DNA of 64,000 nt from an uncultured bacterium (GTDB lineage: Bacteria; Eisenbacteria; RBG-16-71-46; CAIMUX01; WJJG01), in assembly GCA_964585945.1 (NCBI GenBank), contig CAZPGB010000006.1:7724-71723 (forward strand). The letters are read 5' to 3'. The position numbers and the translations under genes were made by a program. The first letter of the stretch is position 1. Every line of letters begins with the position of its first letter. Shown one piece after another: positions 8,319 through 17,533 of this stretch. The notes beneath the pieces are model-generated. The model did no database searches, was not told the origin of the DNA, and was given only the letters and a program-made list of their open reading frames with translations.

Positions 8319-10474
8319 GCCGCCCGGTCGGGTTGCGACCGTGCGCCGGTCTTCGAGCGGGTCACGCGGGCCAGGTGCGTTTCCATCACCTCGCCCAGCT
8401 CACGGTGATCGACCGGCTTGGGAACGTAGGCGTCCATGCCCGCCGCCAGGCACCGCTCCCGATCGCCCTGCATGGCCAGGGCGGTCATCGCGATGATGAC
8501 GGCGCGAGGCGTCTCGCCCTCCAGGCGGCGGATGGCGCGCGCCGCCTCGAACCCGTCCATCTCGGGGAGCTGACAATCCATCAGGATGATGTCGTGCCGG
8601 TGTGACCGAAAGGCCTCCACGGCCTCGCGCCCGTCGGCGACGGTGTCGGGGCGGTAGCCCAGACGCTTCAGGATGCGCAGGGCCACTTTGCGGTTGATCG
8701 GATCGTCCTCCACCAACAGGACGCGCACGGCTCGGCGGCGAGTCTCGAACAGGCTGTGGCGGGTGATCAGGTCGCGACGGTGCGCCCGATCGGGTCCGCG
8801 CTGCTGGCGGCCGAAGCACTCCTCCAGGCAGGTGCGCAGGTGGCCGTGGCGGATCGGCTTGGTCAGGTAGGCGCTGGCTCCGATGCGCCGCGCCAGGGCG
8901 GCGTCCCCGCGCTGGCCGTTGGCGGTCAGCAGCACGACCGAGGTGCGGCAGAGTGCGGGGTCGGCCTTGATGGCGCGACAGAGATCGGCGCCGTTCATGC
9001 CGCTCAAGTGAAGCTCGACCAGCGCCAGGTCGAAGGCCCTCTCCTCGGTGCGGGACCCCTCCAGGGCCTGCAGGGCCGCCTCGGCCCCCTCCACGGGCAC
9101 GCTCTCGCAGCCCCACGACTGAAGCTGCAGATGCAGGATCTCGCGCGTGCCGGCATCGTCGTCCACGACCAGCACGCGCTTGCCGCGCGTGTCACCGCGC
9201 GCCACCTCCCGCCGCTGCACATCCGCGGGCTGCTTTGCCAGGCTCACCGTGAACCAGAACTCGCTGCCCTGTCCTTCCGCGCTCGTGAACCCCATCGCTC
9301 CGCCCATCATCTGGACCAGCCGCTGGCTGATGGCCAGGCCCAAGCCGGTGCCGCCGAACCTGCGCCCGGTGGATGCGTCGGCCTGGGAGAAGGACTGAAA
9401 AATCCGGCCGCGTCGCTCGGCGGGGATGCCGATCCCGGTGTCACGCACGATGAAGCGCACGACCTGTCGATCGTCGCGCTGATCGTCCAGACGTCCCTCG
9501 ACCGTCACGCGCCCGCGTTCGGTGAACTTGACGGCGTTGCCGACCAGGTTGATCAAGATCTGCCGCAGCCGACCCGGATCGCCGGTCAGGAAGGGATAGA
9601 CCTCGGGACGGATCACGCCGCTGAACGCCAGCCCCTTCTGCTCGGCCTTGTAGAGGAGGACGTCGAGGACCTCGTCCAGGGTCGCGCGAAGGTCGAAGTC
9701 GATCGACTCGAGATCCAATCTGCCGGCTTCGATCTTGGAGAAGTCGAGGATGTCGTTTACGAGCGCCAGCAGGGCGTCGCTCGAGGTCTGCAGGATCTCC
9801 GCGTATTCCCGTTGCTCCGGCGAGAGCTCGGTCTGCAGCAGCAGGCCGGTCATCCCGATGACGCCGTTGAGTGGGGTGCGGATCTCATGGCTCATGGCGG
9901 CGAGAAACTCGCCCTTGGCGCGACTGGCCTCGGCAGCCCTCTGCGCCTGACGCGTCGCCTGTTCGCGGGCCAAGCGCTCGGCGCGGACGATCCGTTCGGC
10001 CCGCAGGCGGTCGGCGCGCAGCAGCCGCTCGGCGCGGCAGGCCTCGGTTACGTCGGTGAAGGTGCCGGCCATCAGCACGCGGCCGGTCGGCGCGAACGAA
10101 AGGGGCTCGCCCCGGGTGGCAATCCGCCGCACCCGTCCGTCGGGCCGCAGCCAGCGGTGCTCGAGGCCGAAGGGCCGCCGATCCGCCCCGGCCCGCTCCA
10201 TGACGCGGCAGACCTCGGCCCGGTCCTCCGGGTGGACGAAGGCCTGGAAGCCTCCCCGCGTGCAGTCGAAGGCGTCGCCTGAGACCCCCAGCTTGCGTTG
10301 GGCCTGCTCGGACCAGGCCATGCGATCGCTGCCGGGGTCCCAGATCCACGCCCCGGCGTCTGCGGACCGCTCGCCGGCGGGTGCCGCCTCTTCCGGGCCG
10401 CGTCGGGTCTCGCCGGGAAGGTCTGGTCGAGCTCCTGGTTTCACGCGATGATGGTTCCTTGCGAATCCGGCCAC
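8315..10474 (-). CDS. hybrid sensor histidine kinase / response regulator (PAS-HisKA-HATPase-REC-REC)
   Basis: H-box [15 protein letters not shown]. HATPase region GNAVKFT...DTGIGI...GGTGLGLAI. Two receiver domains ([12 protein letters not shown]...; [13 protein letters not shown]...[12 protein letters not shown]). The start is GTG at 10474 (cac on the plus strand), so the exact start is uncertain. Confidence 0.85.
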   Translation of the reverse strand: MAGFARNHHRVKPGARPDLPGETRRGPEEAAPAGERSADAGAWIWDPGSDRMAWSEQAQRKLGVSGDAFDCTRGGFQAFVHPEDRAEVCRVMERAGADRRPFGLEHRWLRPDGRVRRIATRGEPLSFAPTGRVLMAGTFTDVTEACRAERLLRADRLRAERIVRAERLAREQATRQAQRAAEASRAKGEFLAAMSHEIRTPLNGVIGMTGLLLQTELSPEQREYAEILQTSSDALLALVNDILDFSKIEAGRLDLESIDFDLRATLDEVLDVLLYKAEQKGLAFSGVIRPEVYPFLTGDPGRLRQILINLVGNAVKFTERGRVTVEGRLDDQRDDRQVVRFIVRDTGIGIPAERRGRIFQSFSQADASTGRRFGGTGLGLAISQRLVQMMGGAMGFTSAEGQGSEFWFTVSLAKQPADVQRREVARGDTRGKRVLVVDDDAGTREILHLQLQSWGCESVPVEGAEAALQALEGSRTEERAFDLALVELHLSGMNGADLCRAIKADPALCRTSVVLLTANGQRGDAALARRIGASAYLTKPIRHGHLRTCLEECFGRQQRGPDRAHRRDLITRHSLFETRRRAVRVLLVEDDPINRKVALRILKRLGYRPDTVADGREAVEAFRSHRHDIILMDCQLPEMDGFEAARAIRRLEGETPRAVIIAMTALAMQGDRERCLAAGMDAYVPKPVDHRELGEVMETHLARVTRSKTGARSQPDRAA

Positions 10475-10655
10475 GAGCCCGAGGGCTCGAGGCGTTGCCG
10501 GTGGTGTCGCCCGGACGCTCCTGGTAGATCTAATCGTTGGGTTTGACTCTCATCGTGAGCCACACTTGCGGCGGGAGAGAATCGCTACGGCCGGTGTTCC
10601 ACGGTCGGAGGATCCGGGGGGACGGCCCCCATTGCCGGCGATGGAGGAGGAAGGC

Positions 10656-11798
10656 ATGCGGCGCATGTGGATACGGGCGCGGACAAAGCACGTACGGCTT
10701 ACCGCGTTCGCACTGTTGATGTTGGGACTGTCGTCCTGCGGCGGCGGCGACCGCGGGCGGGACGAGGCGGGCCAAGTGAAGACCGGGGAGGGCCATGTGG
10801 TGATGATTGCGGACCAGGAGGAACTCAGCCGCCGCCTGGCGGAGGCCGGGGACCAGCTCGTCCTGGTGGATCTGTATGCCGATTGGTGTGGCCCCTGCCG
10901 ATTGCTCTCGCCGGTGTTGGAGGAGATCGCGCGGGAGCGGGCCGACCAGGTGTCGGTCTTCAAGGTCAACGTCGATGAGAACCGCGAGCTGGCCCGGGCC
11001 TTTGGCGTGACCGGAATCCCCCTGGTCGTCTTCCTCAGGGGTGGCGAGCGCGTGCACGCCATCACGGGCGTTCATCCCAAGGCCACGTACCTGCGCGCAA
11101 TCGAGCGATTCGGCGCGGTGGCGCAGACTCCGGCGACCGAGACGCCCGATGGGGAGTTGATCGACGGCGTGCGCGTGATCCGCATTGGCTCGGGTGTCGA
11201 TCTGGGGCCGCTGCAGGTCTTCCGCGGGGAGACGGTGCGGCTGGTGGTCGAGGCGACCGGCTGGCCGTTCCAGCTCAGCATTCCAGCCTTCGACATCCTC
11301 GAACGGGCGCCGGAGGACCGGGCTCTCGAGGTGTCCTTCAAGACGGCGGAGGTGGGCGTCTTTCCGGTCTTCTGCAACGGTCGCTGTCCCGCGGGGGACG
11401 GCGCCCGCGTGGGGCAGATCGTGGTGGTGCCCCTGACCTCCGTTGGGGAGACGCGCTTCACGGAGCTGACGACCGAAGAAGCCCGGGCCCTGATCGCGCG
11501 CGACGATCCCCTGATTCTCGACGTGCGGACGCCCCAGGAGTTCTATTCCGGACACCTGGAGAAGGCGACCCTGATTCCGCTTCAGCAGTTGGAGCCAAGG
11601 GTGGAGGAGATCGAGGCGCACCGGGATCGCCCGGTGCTGCTCTACTGCCGCTCGGGCAACCGGAGCACGGTGGCCGCCGAGATCCTGATGCGCCACGGCT
11701 TCAAGGATCTGTACAACCTGCGCTATGGCATCCGCGATTGGATCCAGGAGGGCCACCCGGTGGTGGATGCCTCCGGATCGATGGCCGCGAAGTCCTAG
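10656..11798 (+). CDS. tri-domain lipoprotein: thioredoxin (WCGPC) - Cys-containing beta-sandwich - rhodanese
   Basis: ATG at 10656 after GGAGGAGGAAGGC. Lipobox LSSC. Thioredoxin motif DLYADWCGPC. Middle domain with FCNGRCPAGDG. C-terminal rhodanese domain (ILDVRTPQEF...LLYCRSGNRS). Confidence 0.75.
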   Translation: MRRMWIRARTKHVRLTAFALLMLGLSSCGGGDRGRDEAGQVKTGEGHVVMIADQEELSRRLAEAGDQLVLVDLYADWCGPCRLLSPVLEEIARERADQVSVFKVNVDENRELARAFGVTGIPLVVFLRGGERVHAITGVHPKATYLRAIERFGAVAQTPATETPDGELIDGVRVIRIGSGVDLGPLQVFRGETVRLVVEATGWPFQLSIPAFDILERAPEDRALEVSFKTAEVGVFPVFCNGRCPAGDGARVGQIVVVPLTSVGETRFTELTTEEARALIARDDPLILDVRTPQEFYSGHLEKATLIPLQQLEPRVEEIEAHRDRPVLLYCRSGNRSTVAAEILMRHGFKDLYNLRYGIRDWIQEGHPVVDASGSMAAKS

Positions 11799-11858
11799 CC
11801 ACAAGAGGCGGCGGCGCCCCTTGGCCCGGCGGGGCGTGACCGGCCTCCGATCCGCGGG

Positions 11859-12716
11859 TCAGCGTTGCCATCCGAACCGCTCCACCATGGTCCGGTAGCC
11901 GGGCTCGGATCCCTCCGGATAGCGCGCCTTCCAGCGCCGGTAGATCGCGCGCAAGCGGTCCGGAGAAGCATCCTCCTCCAGCAGGGGCGCCAGCGTCGAT
12001 AGGAGGAAGTCGGAGTCGGCATAGCTGAAGTAGGCCCACGAGAGAATGGGGCTCGCGCTCCAGCGCGCCTGATAGACGCGGTCGCCGTCGGACGCCAGCA
12101 TGGCGATCAGGTGCTGTTCACCGTCGATGAAGAGCGAGAGCCACTGCACCGCCCAGCGGCGCAGGAGATCGGCGCTGCTGCGGTTGAGGATCACGTCGAC
12201 CCCGCTCACGTCCGCGGGCTCGTAGACCTGCACCGCCAAGCGCACCCCGCGTCGAACCGCGGCGCGAATCTCATCCTCGAGCTGGCGCAAGGGCTCGGGA
12301 AAGAGATCCAGGAACCCGACCTCGCGGCTACCCCTCAGCATCTGCCGGCACCGGCTGTAGACCTGGTCCACCGTCTGCAACGCGTAGACCCGACTGTCGT
12401 CGGGTGAGCACCCCAGTTCCCGCACCGCTTCGGCCACCTGGGCCCGTTGCTCCTGAAACCGATGGGCCATCTGCTCGAGCAACTCATCCGGGGGAACCGC
12501 TCGGCACAGGCGGGCGTCTCCGTCGTCCACGAGGATGGCGCCCTTGGCCTGCAGGGAAGCCAGGGCTTTGTAGGTGTTCGTCTTCGACCGGCCGATCCCC
12601 TTGGAGATCTTGTAGCCGGTGGCAGGGGAGTGCTGGATGAGAAAGACGTAGATTTCGGCCTCGAGCTGGGTGAGCCCGATGTCGCGGAAGAGACGCACGC
12701 ATTCACTCGATCCCAT
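11859..12716 (-). CDS. TrmB-family winged-helix transcriptional regulator (paralogue 1)
   Basis: N-terminal TrmB HTH: IGLTQLEAEIYVFLIQHSPATGYKISKGIGRSKTNTYKALASLQAKGAI. Start taken at the internal Met (MGSSE); ORF start 12773 is the alternative. 34-40% identical over its full length to the 13301..14170 protein. Confidence 0.65.
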   Translation of the reverse strand: MGSSECVRLFRDIGLTQLEAEIYVFLIQHSPATGYKISKGIGRSKTNTYKALASLQAKGAILVDDGDARLCRAVPPDELLEQMAHRFQEQRAQVAEAVRELGCSPDDSRVYALQTVDQVYSRCRQMLRGSREVGFLDLFPEPLRQLEDEIRAAVRRGVRLAVQVYEPADVSGVDVILNRSSADLLRRWAVQWLSLFIDGEQHLIAMLASDGDRVYQARWSASPILSWAYFSYADSDFLLSTLAPLLEEDASPDRLRAIYRRWKARYPEGSEPGYRTMVERFGWQR

Positions 12717-12929
12717 GGCGCTGCCCCTATCGGATGGTCTCACGGGTCGATGGGATTGCCAGCGCGAAGCCACGATGGTGGCGACTCTACACCGTGATGC
12801 GGTTGGCCAGAAGGGTGGAAGTGGAGGGGGAGGGAGCCGTCTCGACCAGAGATCGGCCGGCCGGGCGATTCCCGGCGTGGGCGCGACCCCGCGCTCACGC
12901 GACGTCCGCCGCGCGCACGGGGGGGGACG

Positions 12930-13286
12930 CTAGGAGTCCTCGACGTGGACGAACGGACGCAGCACACGGCCAATGCACTTCAGCATCCCGCCCATGCCCA
13001 GACCGTTGTCCAAGGGCTTGTAGGTGCACTCCACGCCGCCCAAGCGGACCCCCACCGTGGGTGTCGTGGCCCCGTCACCGCCTCCCAGCCCGCTGAGGGA
13101 CACCTCGCAGCCGGCGATCTCGAAGGTCACGCTCAAGCCCGGGCAGTCCGCCGCCGCAGCGTCCGCCGCCAGGATAGGGGAGGTCAGCAGCAGGATCGTC
13201 AGAATGCTACCGATCCAAACCGCCCTGCGCGCGGCCAGCCATCCGGCGACCCGGCCGCTTGTCGATCTGTCCGCCATGCGTTGCAT
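12930..13286 (-). CDS. small secreted cysteine-containing hypothetical protein (about 118 aa)
   Basis: ATG (cat at 13284-13286) preceded by GGAGAGGAAACG. Signal peptide IGSILTILLLTSPILAA. Four Cys residues. Lies 14 nt downstream of the TrmB-like gene 13301..14170. Confidence 0.45.
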   Translation of the reverse strand: MQRMADRSTSGRVAGWLAARRAVWIGSILTILLLTSPILAADAAAADCPGLSVTFEIAGCEVSLSGLGGGDGATTPTVGVRLGGVECTYKPLDNGLGMGGMLKCIGRVLRPFVHVEDS

Positions 13287-13300
13287 CGTTTCCTCTCCGC

Positions 13301-14170
13301 TCACGTGGAATTCCCTGCACTGCCTGCGAAACGTTGCTGCATATCTCGAAAGCCGTTGGAAATGAAAGCCGGGAAGGCCTCCGTCCAATGGCGATACTCC
13401 TCGCGCATCTCGGCGCTGCCGGCGCCGGCCTCCATCAGGTTGACCAGATCATTGGCCAGCAGCGTCCACTTCGCGTAGCTGGCCTGGCCCCAGGAGAGCA
13501 GCAGGCTGGCCGTCCACACCCCCTGGTGCAATCGCTCCTCGCTGCGGTCGAGGGCGGCCAGCAGGCTTTCGCGCCCGTCGGTGAAGACCGACATCCAGGA
13601 GATGGGCAGCATCTGCTCGGTCTGCTCGCTGCCCACCGCCACCGTGGTGCGCACCCCCGGAATCTGCGTCGGCTCGTATGCCATCAGCAAGACGCGCACA
13701 CCCCGGGCCGCGGCCTTGCGGATGTCTTCCCGAAGCTGTGCGAGCGGTCCGGGAAACAGGTCCAGCACGGCGATCGAGCGGCACTCGGCCAACATGATCC
13801 GGGCGCGCTCGAAGACCTGGGCGGCCGTGGTCAGACGGTAGACGCGCTCGTCGCTCTCGGACGGGATCAGGTCGCGCAACGATGCGCTGGCTTCCTGCCG
13901 CTGCCGGCCGAAGTCGCGCTCCAACCGGTCGAGCAGCTCCTCGGGCGCAATCGCCCGGCATTGACGCCCTTCGGCGTCATCGACGACCACCGCGCCGCGG
14001 GCCTGGAGAGAGGCCAGGGTCTTGTAGGTCGCGCCCTGGGTACGGCCGATCGCCTTGGCGATCGCGTATCCGGTGGCGGGTGAGTGCTGCACGAGGTGAA
14101 CGTAAACCTCGGCCTCGACTCGCGTAAACCCTAGTTTTTCAATGGCTTTCACGCCCGCCTCGGTGCTCAA
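13301..14170 (-). CDS. TrmB-family winged-helix transcriptional regulator (paralogue 2)
   Basis: TrmB HTH: LGFTRVEAEVYVHLVQHSPATGYAIAKAIGRTQGATYKTLASLQARGAV. TTG start at 14170 with GGAGG 3 nt upstream. Confidence 0.7.
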   Translation of the reverse strand: MSTEAGVKAIEKLGFTRVEAEVYVHLVQHSPATGYAIAKAIGRTQGATYKTLASLQARGAVVVDDAEGRQCRAIAPEELLDRLERDFGRQRQEASASLRDLIPSESDERVYRLTTAAQVFERARIMLAECRSIAVLDLFPGPLAQLREDIRKAAARGVRVLLMAYEPTQIPGVRTTVAVGSEQTEQMLPISWMSVFTDGRESLLAALDRSEERLHQGVWTASLLLSWGQASYAKWTLLANDLVNLMEAGAGSAEMREEYRHWTEAFPAFISNGFRDMQQRFAGSAGNST

Positions 14171-14210
14171 GCGCCTCCTCCGCGTCGGCGGCCCTCTCCG
14201 TTCCTGATGT

Positions 14211-14234
14211 TGCTACTCTACTAGTAGAATAGTA
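14211..14234. promoter_or_regulatory. AT-rich imperfect palindrome (GCTACTCTA-CTAG-TAGAATAGT) overlapping the -10 element; candidate operator for TrmB-like autoregulation
   Basis: tgctactctactagtagaatagtatagc is an isolated AT-rich island in a 70% GC context. The arms are inverted repeats centred on CTAG, matching 7 of 9 positions. Confidence 0.4.
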
Positions 14235-14262
14235 TAGCGGGGGCCCGCGGAACTGTCCAGCT
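14229..14262 (-). promoter_or_regulatory. sigma70-like promoter on the minus strand (-35 TGGACA, 17-nt spacer, -10 TATACT) for the TrmB-like operon
   Basis: Minus-strand reading: CTGGACAgttccgcgggcccccgcTATACT, about 60 nt upstream of the TTG start at 14170. Confidence 0.5.
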
Positions 14263-14516
14263 ATTCTTGTGACGGCTGAAAGGAGCCTTTCGTTCAATTG
14301 GACGACGCCCCAGGCTCGTTCTTCCGCGCGATTCTCTCGGCGGCCCTGCGTCTCGCGCCCCAGGCCGCGGACGGCCAGAGCCGCGTGGGCTGGGTCCCGA
14401 CGGTTTACGTCGAGGGTGCGCGCGGCTGGGTGCACGGGGGATCATCGCCACGCTGATGGACGAGGCCGTAGGCCTACGCCGCCCGCAGTCTCGCGCGCCG
14501 GAGGGGGGCCGGAAGA

Positions 14517-16703
14517 CTAGAACTGGATCCCCACGTAGTAGCCCGGCCACACGCGCACCCAGGTGCGGTCGCTCTTCTCGTCGTGCCAGAGGTCGCCGCC
14601 CACCAGGTCGCCGCCGTCGTTGCGCCGCGAGGTGAAGACGTTGACCGTGGCGCCGGCCGTGAGGGCCAGGCGCGGCGCGATCCGCCAGCCGAAGCCCACG
14701 CGGCCCTTGTTCAGCAAGTGCAGGTCGCGGTCGGATCGCTGGTCGCCCTCGCGCTCGTCCTCGAAGATGTAGTAGGAGAGCGCCTCCACCGTGCCGAAGA
14801 CCGACCCGCTCAGCGGCACGTGGGCGCCCCAGCCGAAACCGGCCAGCCACCGCTCGTTCTCTCCCGGTGACTCGACGCCCCCGGCGAAGATCGAGTAGAT
14901 GCTGCGGTTGCCGAGCTGCACGCCGACCATCGGGCCGCCGGCGTCGGTGTGCCACACGGCGGGGCGATGCCGTCCCCGTTGCACCAGGCTGAGCACCCCG
15001 ACCGGAGCGCCGGCGACATCTTGGGCGACGTTGAGGACGCCGATCTGCGCGCCCGAGACCGTGCGCGCCACATTGACCACGCCGATCTGCGCACCTTCGG
15101 CGTGGCCACTCACGTTGACGACGGAGAGCTGGAGTCCCCGCAAGGAAGGGGCGTAGTTGCCCAGCCCGCTGGCCTGCACGCCTTCGCAACGACCCAGGCT
15201 GATGCTGGCCAAGCCGGCCCCCTGGAAGAAGCCGACATCACCTTCCACGACGTTGAGCGCCCCCCACTGCATGCCCTGGAATGCGCCGCCGATGGAGTTG
15301 GCCAAACCCGCCCATTGGATCGCGCGCACATCCCCGCGGACACGGTTGATCAGACCCGAGAACTGCGCCCCTTCGAGGTCGCCCTCGACCAGATTGAGGC
15401 CGCCGGCGATCTGCAGGCCGTCGACGTTGCCCAGGTTCCAGTTGCCGACGTAGCCGATCTCGAAGCCGTTGACACCCGCGTTGCGTCCGAGGGTCAGATT
15501 GAGTGAGATGTCGCTCACGGTGCGCTCCGCCTCGGGCCCCGCGGTGCTCATGCCCGGCCACAGGCTGGCGGTGAAGTCTCGGTGAAGGACCTGGGTCTCC
15601 TCGATCGTTGCCTCGGGGGTGGGTGGGAACTCGCCGCGCGCGGCGGTCGCCTCGGGGGTCATCGGGATCAGATCGGCCATCTCCAGCCGCGTGAGCCCTT
15701 CCTCGGGCAGGTGGATCGCAGCGGTGTAGTAGCGACCGTCGTGGTCGAGAAAGACGCGGTAGTCGCCGGCATCCAAGCCCAGCTCGATGTGCCGTCCCTG
15801 GGGCTTGTGCAGCTCCACCACCAGAGCGTCCTGCGCGTCGCGCACGTGGAGGCGACCCTGCACCGATTCGGTCAGCACCAATCCGGCGCTGCTCGTGCGC
15901 AGATCGGTCATCACCAGATCGCCGGCGCCGACCATCTGGATGTCGTACCCGGGATGCTGGGGTCCGCTGAGCGTGCCCTCGGTGCGGGCGAGGGTGGTGT
16001 GAAAGGCGAACTGGTAAGCCTCGTTCAGCGTCACGCGCCGGTCCTGGGTGACGTCGGCCGCTCCGCGCAAACCGGTGACCAGGGCGTGGGTGAAGAAGCT
16101 GCCGCGGATGCGGTCCGATTCCTGCGCCGCCTCGTCGTGGGAGCTGGAGGTGAGGAACGCATGGCCCTTCATCTTGGCCGACGCGTCCATCAGAAACGGC
16201 GGTCGCCGGCGGCCCCCTTTCAGCCGCGTGAACGCGCCCGAGGCGCAGCTATCCAGGATGATGATCCGCACGTCGGCCGACACGGCGTTCACCGCCGCGC
16301 GCAAGTCGGTATAGGACAGGAGCTCCTCGCCCAGCCGCAATCCTTGGTCGTCGGAGTGTCCGGAGTAGTAGAGAATCAACTCCACGCGGCTGTGCTCTCG
16401 GGCGGCCGCGGCGATGCGGCCCTCGAGCTCGCCGAGCGACTGTCGCAGCGCCGCCGGTCCGGCGTCGAGCAGCAGCAGCCGGTCTTCGGGGTCGACGCCG
16501 CCCAGGTTCTCGAATACCCGCGCGACCGTCTGCGCGTCGGTGGCGGCGTAGTGCAGCGTGACCCGATTCGCCCCGCCGTCGTTGTTGCCCAGCGCCAGGA
16601 GGAAGCGGCGCACGGAGAAGACCTCGTCCTGTTCCTGGGCGCCGGCCGGCCCCCAGAGGGCCGCCCACAGCAGGGCCGACGCGATGCAGAGCAGACGCTT
16701 CAT
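14517..16703 (-). CDS. exported peptidase C14 (caspase/orthocaspase-like) domain protein with C-terminal Gly-rich 14-residue repeat domain
   Basis: Signal peptide MKRLLCIASALLWAALWGPAGAQE. Catalytic dyad context ILYYSGHS and IIILDSCASG. The C-terminal half carries repeats GAQIGVVNVARTVS / GAQIGVLNVAQDVA / GLQLSVVNVSGHAE. The start overlaps the upstream gene stop (ATGA at 16700-16703). Confidence 0.8.
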   Translation of the reverse strand: MKRLLCIASALLWAALWGPAGAQEQDEVFSVRRFLLALGNNDGGANRVTLHYAATDAQTVARVFENLGGVDPEDRLLLLDAGPAALRQSLGELEGRIAAAAREHSRVELILYYSGHSDDQGLRLGEELLSYTDLRAAVNAVSADVRIIILDSCASGAFTRLKGGRRRPPFLMDASAKMKGHAFLTSSSHDEAAQESDRIRGSFFTHALVTGLRGAADVTQDRRVTLNEAYQFAFHTTLARTEGTLSGPQHPGYDIQMVGAGDLVMTDLRTSSAGLVLTESVQGRLHVRDAQDALVVELHKPQGRHIELGLDAGDYRVFLDHDGRYYTAAIHLPEEGLTRLEMADLIPMTPEATAARGEFPPTPEATIEETQVLHRDFTASLWPGMSTAGPEAERTVSDISLNLTLGRNAGVNGFEIGYVGNWNLGNVDGLQIAGGLNLVEGDLEGAQFSGLINRVRGDVRAIQWAGLANSIGGAFQGMQWGALNVVEGDVGFFQGAGLASISLGRCEGVQASGLGNYAPSLRGLQLSVVNVSGHAEGAQIGVVNVARTVSGAQIGVLNVAQDVAGAPVGVLSLVQRGRHRPAVWHTDAGGPMVGVQLGNRSIYSIFAGGVESPGENERWLAGFGWGAHVPLSGSVFGTVEALSYYIFEDEREGDQRSDRDLHLLNKGRVGFGWRIAPRLALTAGATVNVFTSRRNDGGDLVGGDLWHDEKSDRTWVRVWPGYYVGIQF

Positions 16704-17533
16704 GGGCGCGACTCCTTCTTGCGGAGTATCCGGGCGTGTTGGTCGAGGCCGTCGGGCAGCGCGAGCAGATCGTGGGCCGCCCGCTCGGGTGATCGGGCCA
16801 GCTCCCGCGCGGCGGCCAGCACGGCGGCCGCGTCGATCGGACCCTCGGATGTGATCAGAAAGAAGCGCTCGAAGTCGGGCGCATCGTCCAGTTCGTAGGC
16901 ATGGGGCAGAAGCTGCTCGCCGCCCTCGGCGAGCTGGGTCGACCCCCGGGCGGTGGCGGGGAAGTGAAGCACCACCTCGCCCCGGCCGTCGATCGAGAGG
17001 ATCACCGCGTGGCGCGCCGCCAGCGGCACGACGCCGAGCTGCAGCACATCGCCCGCGCGGGCGACGTCCCCATCGGCCAGGGCGTCGAACCCTTCGCCGG
17101 CGCGGCGGTAGAGCCGCAGATGGGTCTCGCCCTTGGCACGGGTCGTCTCGGTCGCGGTTGCGGCGACGGAAGGCGCCTCCGGGACCGGCGGCGTCCGATC
17201 CGGTCGCACCACCAGCAGCAGCAGGACGGCCGCCGCGGCCACGGCCGGCGCCAGCAGCATCCAGCGGGGCGCCTGTCGCGCGGGAGCCGGACCTTCGGCG
17301 GCAGGCGCCGCATCGGCGGCATCGACCCGGCGGGTGACCTCGGCCGCGAAGACCTCGGGCGGCGTGGCCTCCAGGATCTCCTCGTTCGACCGGTGCAGCG
17401 ACTCGAAGCGCTCGCGCAACCGCCGGTCGGTCCGCAAGCGATGAGCCAGCGCCTCCTGCTCGTCCGGCGGCAGCTCCCCCAGCGCATACAGCTCCAGCAG
17501 ATAGGTGGGGACGGCGTTGGGCGCATCGGTCAT
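16700..17533 (-). CDS. putative transmembrane anti-sigma factor
   Basis: N-terminal anti-sigma-like region (YLLELYALGELPPDEQEALAHRL). Single TM (WMLLAPAVAAAAVLLLLVV). An extracytoplasmic domain of about 130 aa. 4-nt overlap with the sigma gene upstream and the caspase gene downstream. Confidence 0.6.
   Translation of the reverse strand: MTDAPNAVPTYLLELYALGELPPDEQEALAHRLRTDRRLRERFESLHRSNEEILEATPPEVFAAEVTRRVDAADAAPAAEGPAPARQAPRWMLLAPAVAAAAVLLLLVVRPDRTPPVPEAPSVAATATETTRAKGETHLRLYRRAGEGFDALADGDVARAGDVLQLGVVPLAARHAVILSIDGRGEVVLHFPATARGSTQLAEGGEQLLPHAYELDDAPDFERFFLITSEGPIDAAAVLAAARELARSPERAAHDLLALPDGLDQHARILRKKESRP

Noticed and set aside
14221-16898. ORFs 14221..15189 (-) and 15582..16898 (+) overlapping the caspase-domain gene
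   Set aside because: Arg/Gly/Pro-rich antisense or out-of-frame products. The 14517..16703 minus frame carries the C14 dyad and the signal peptide.
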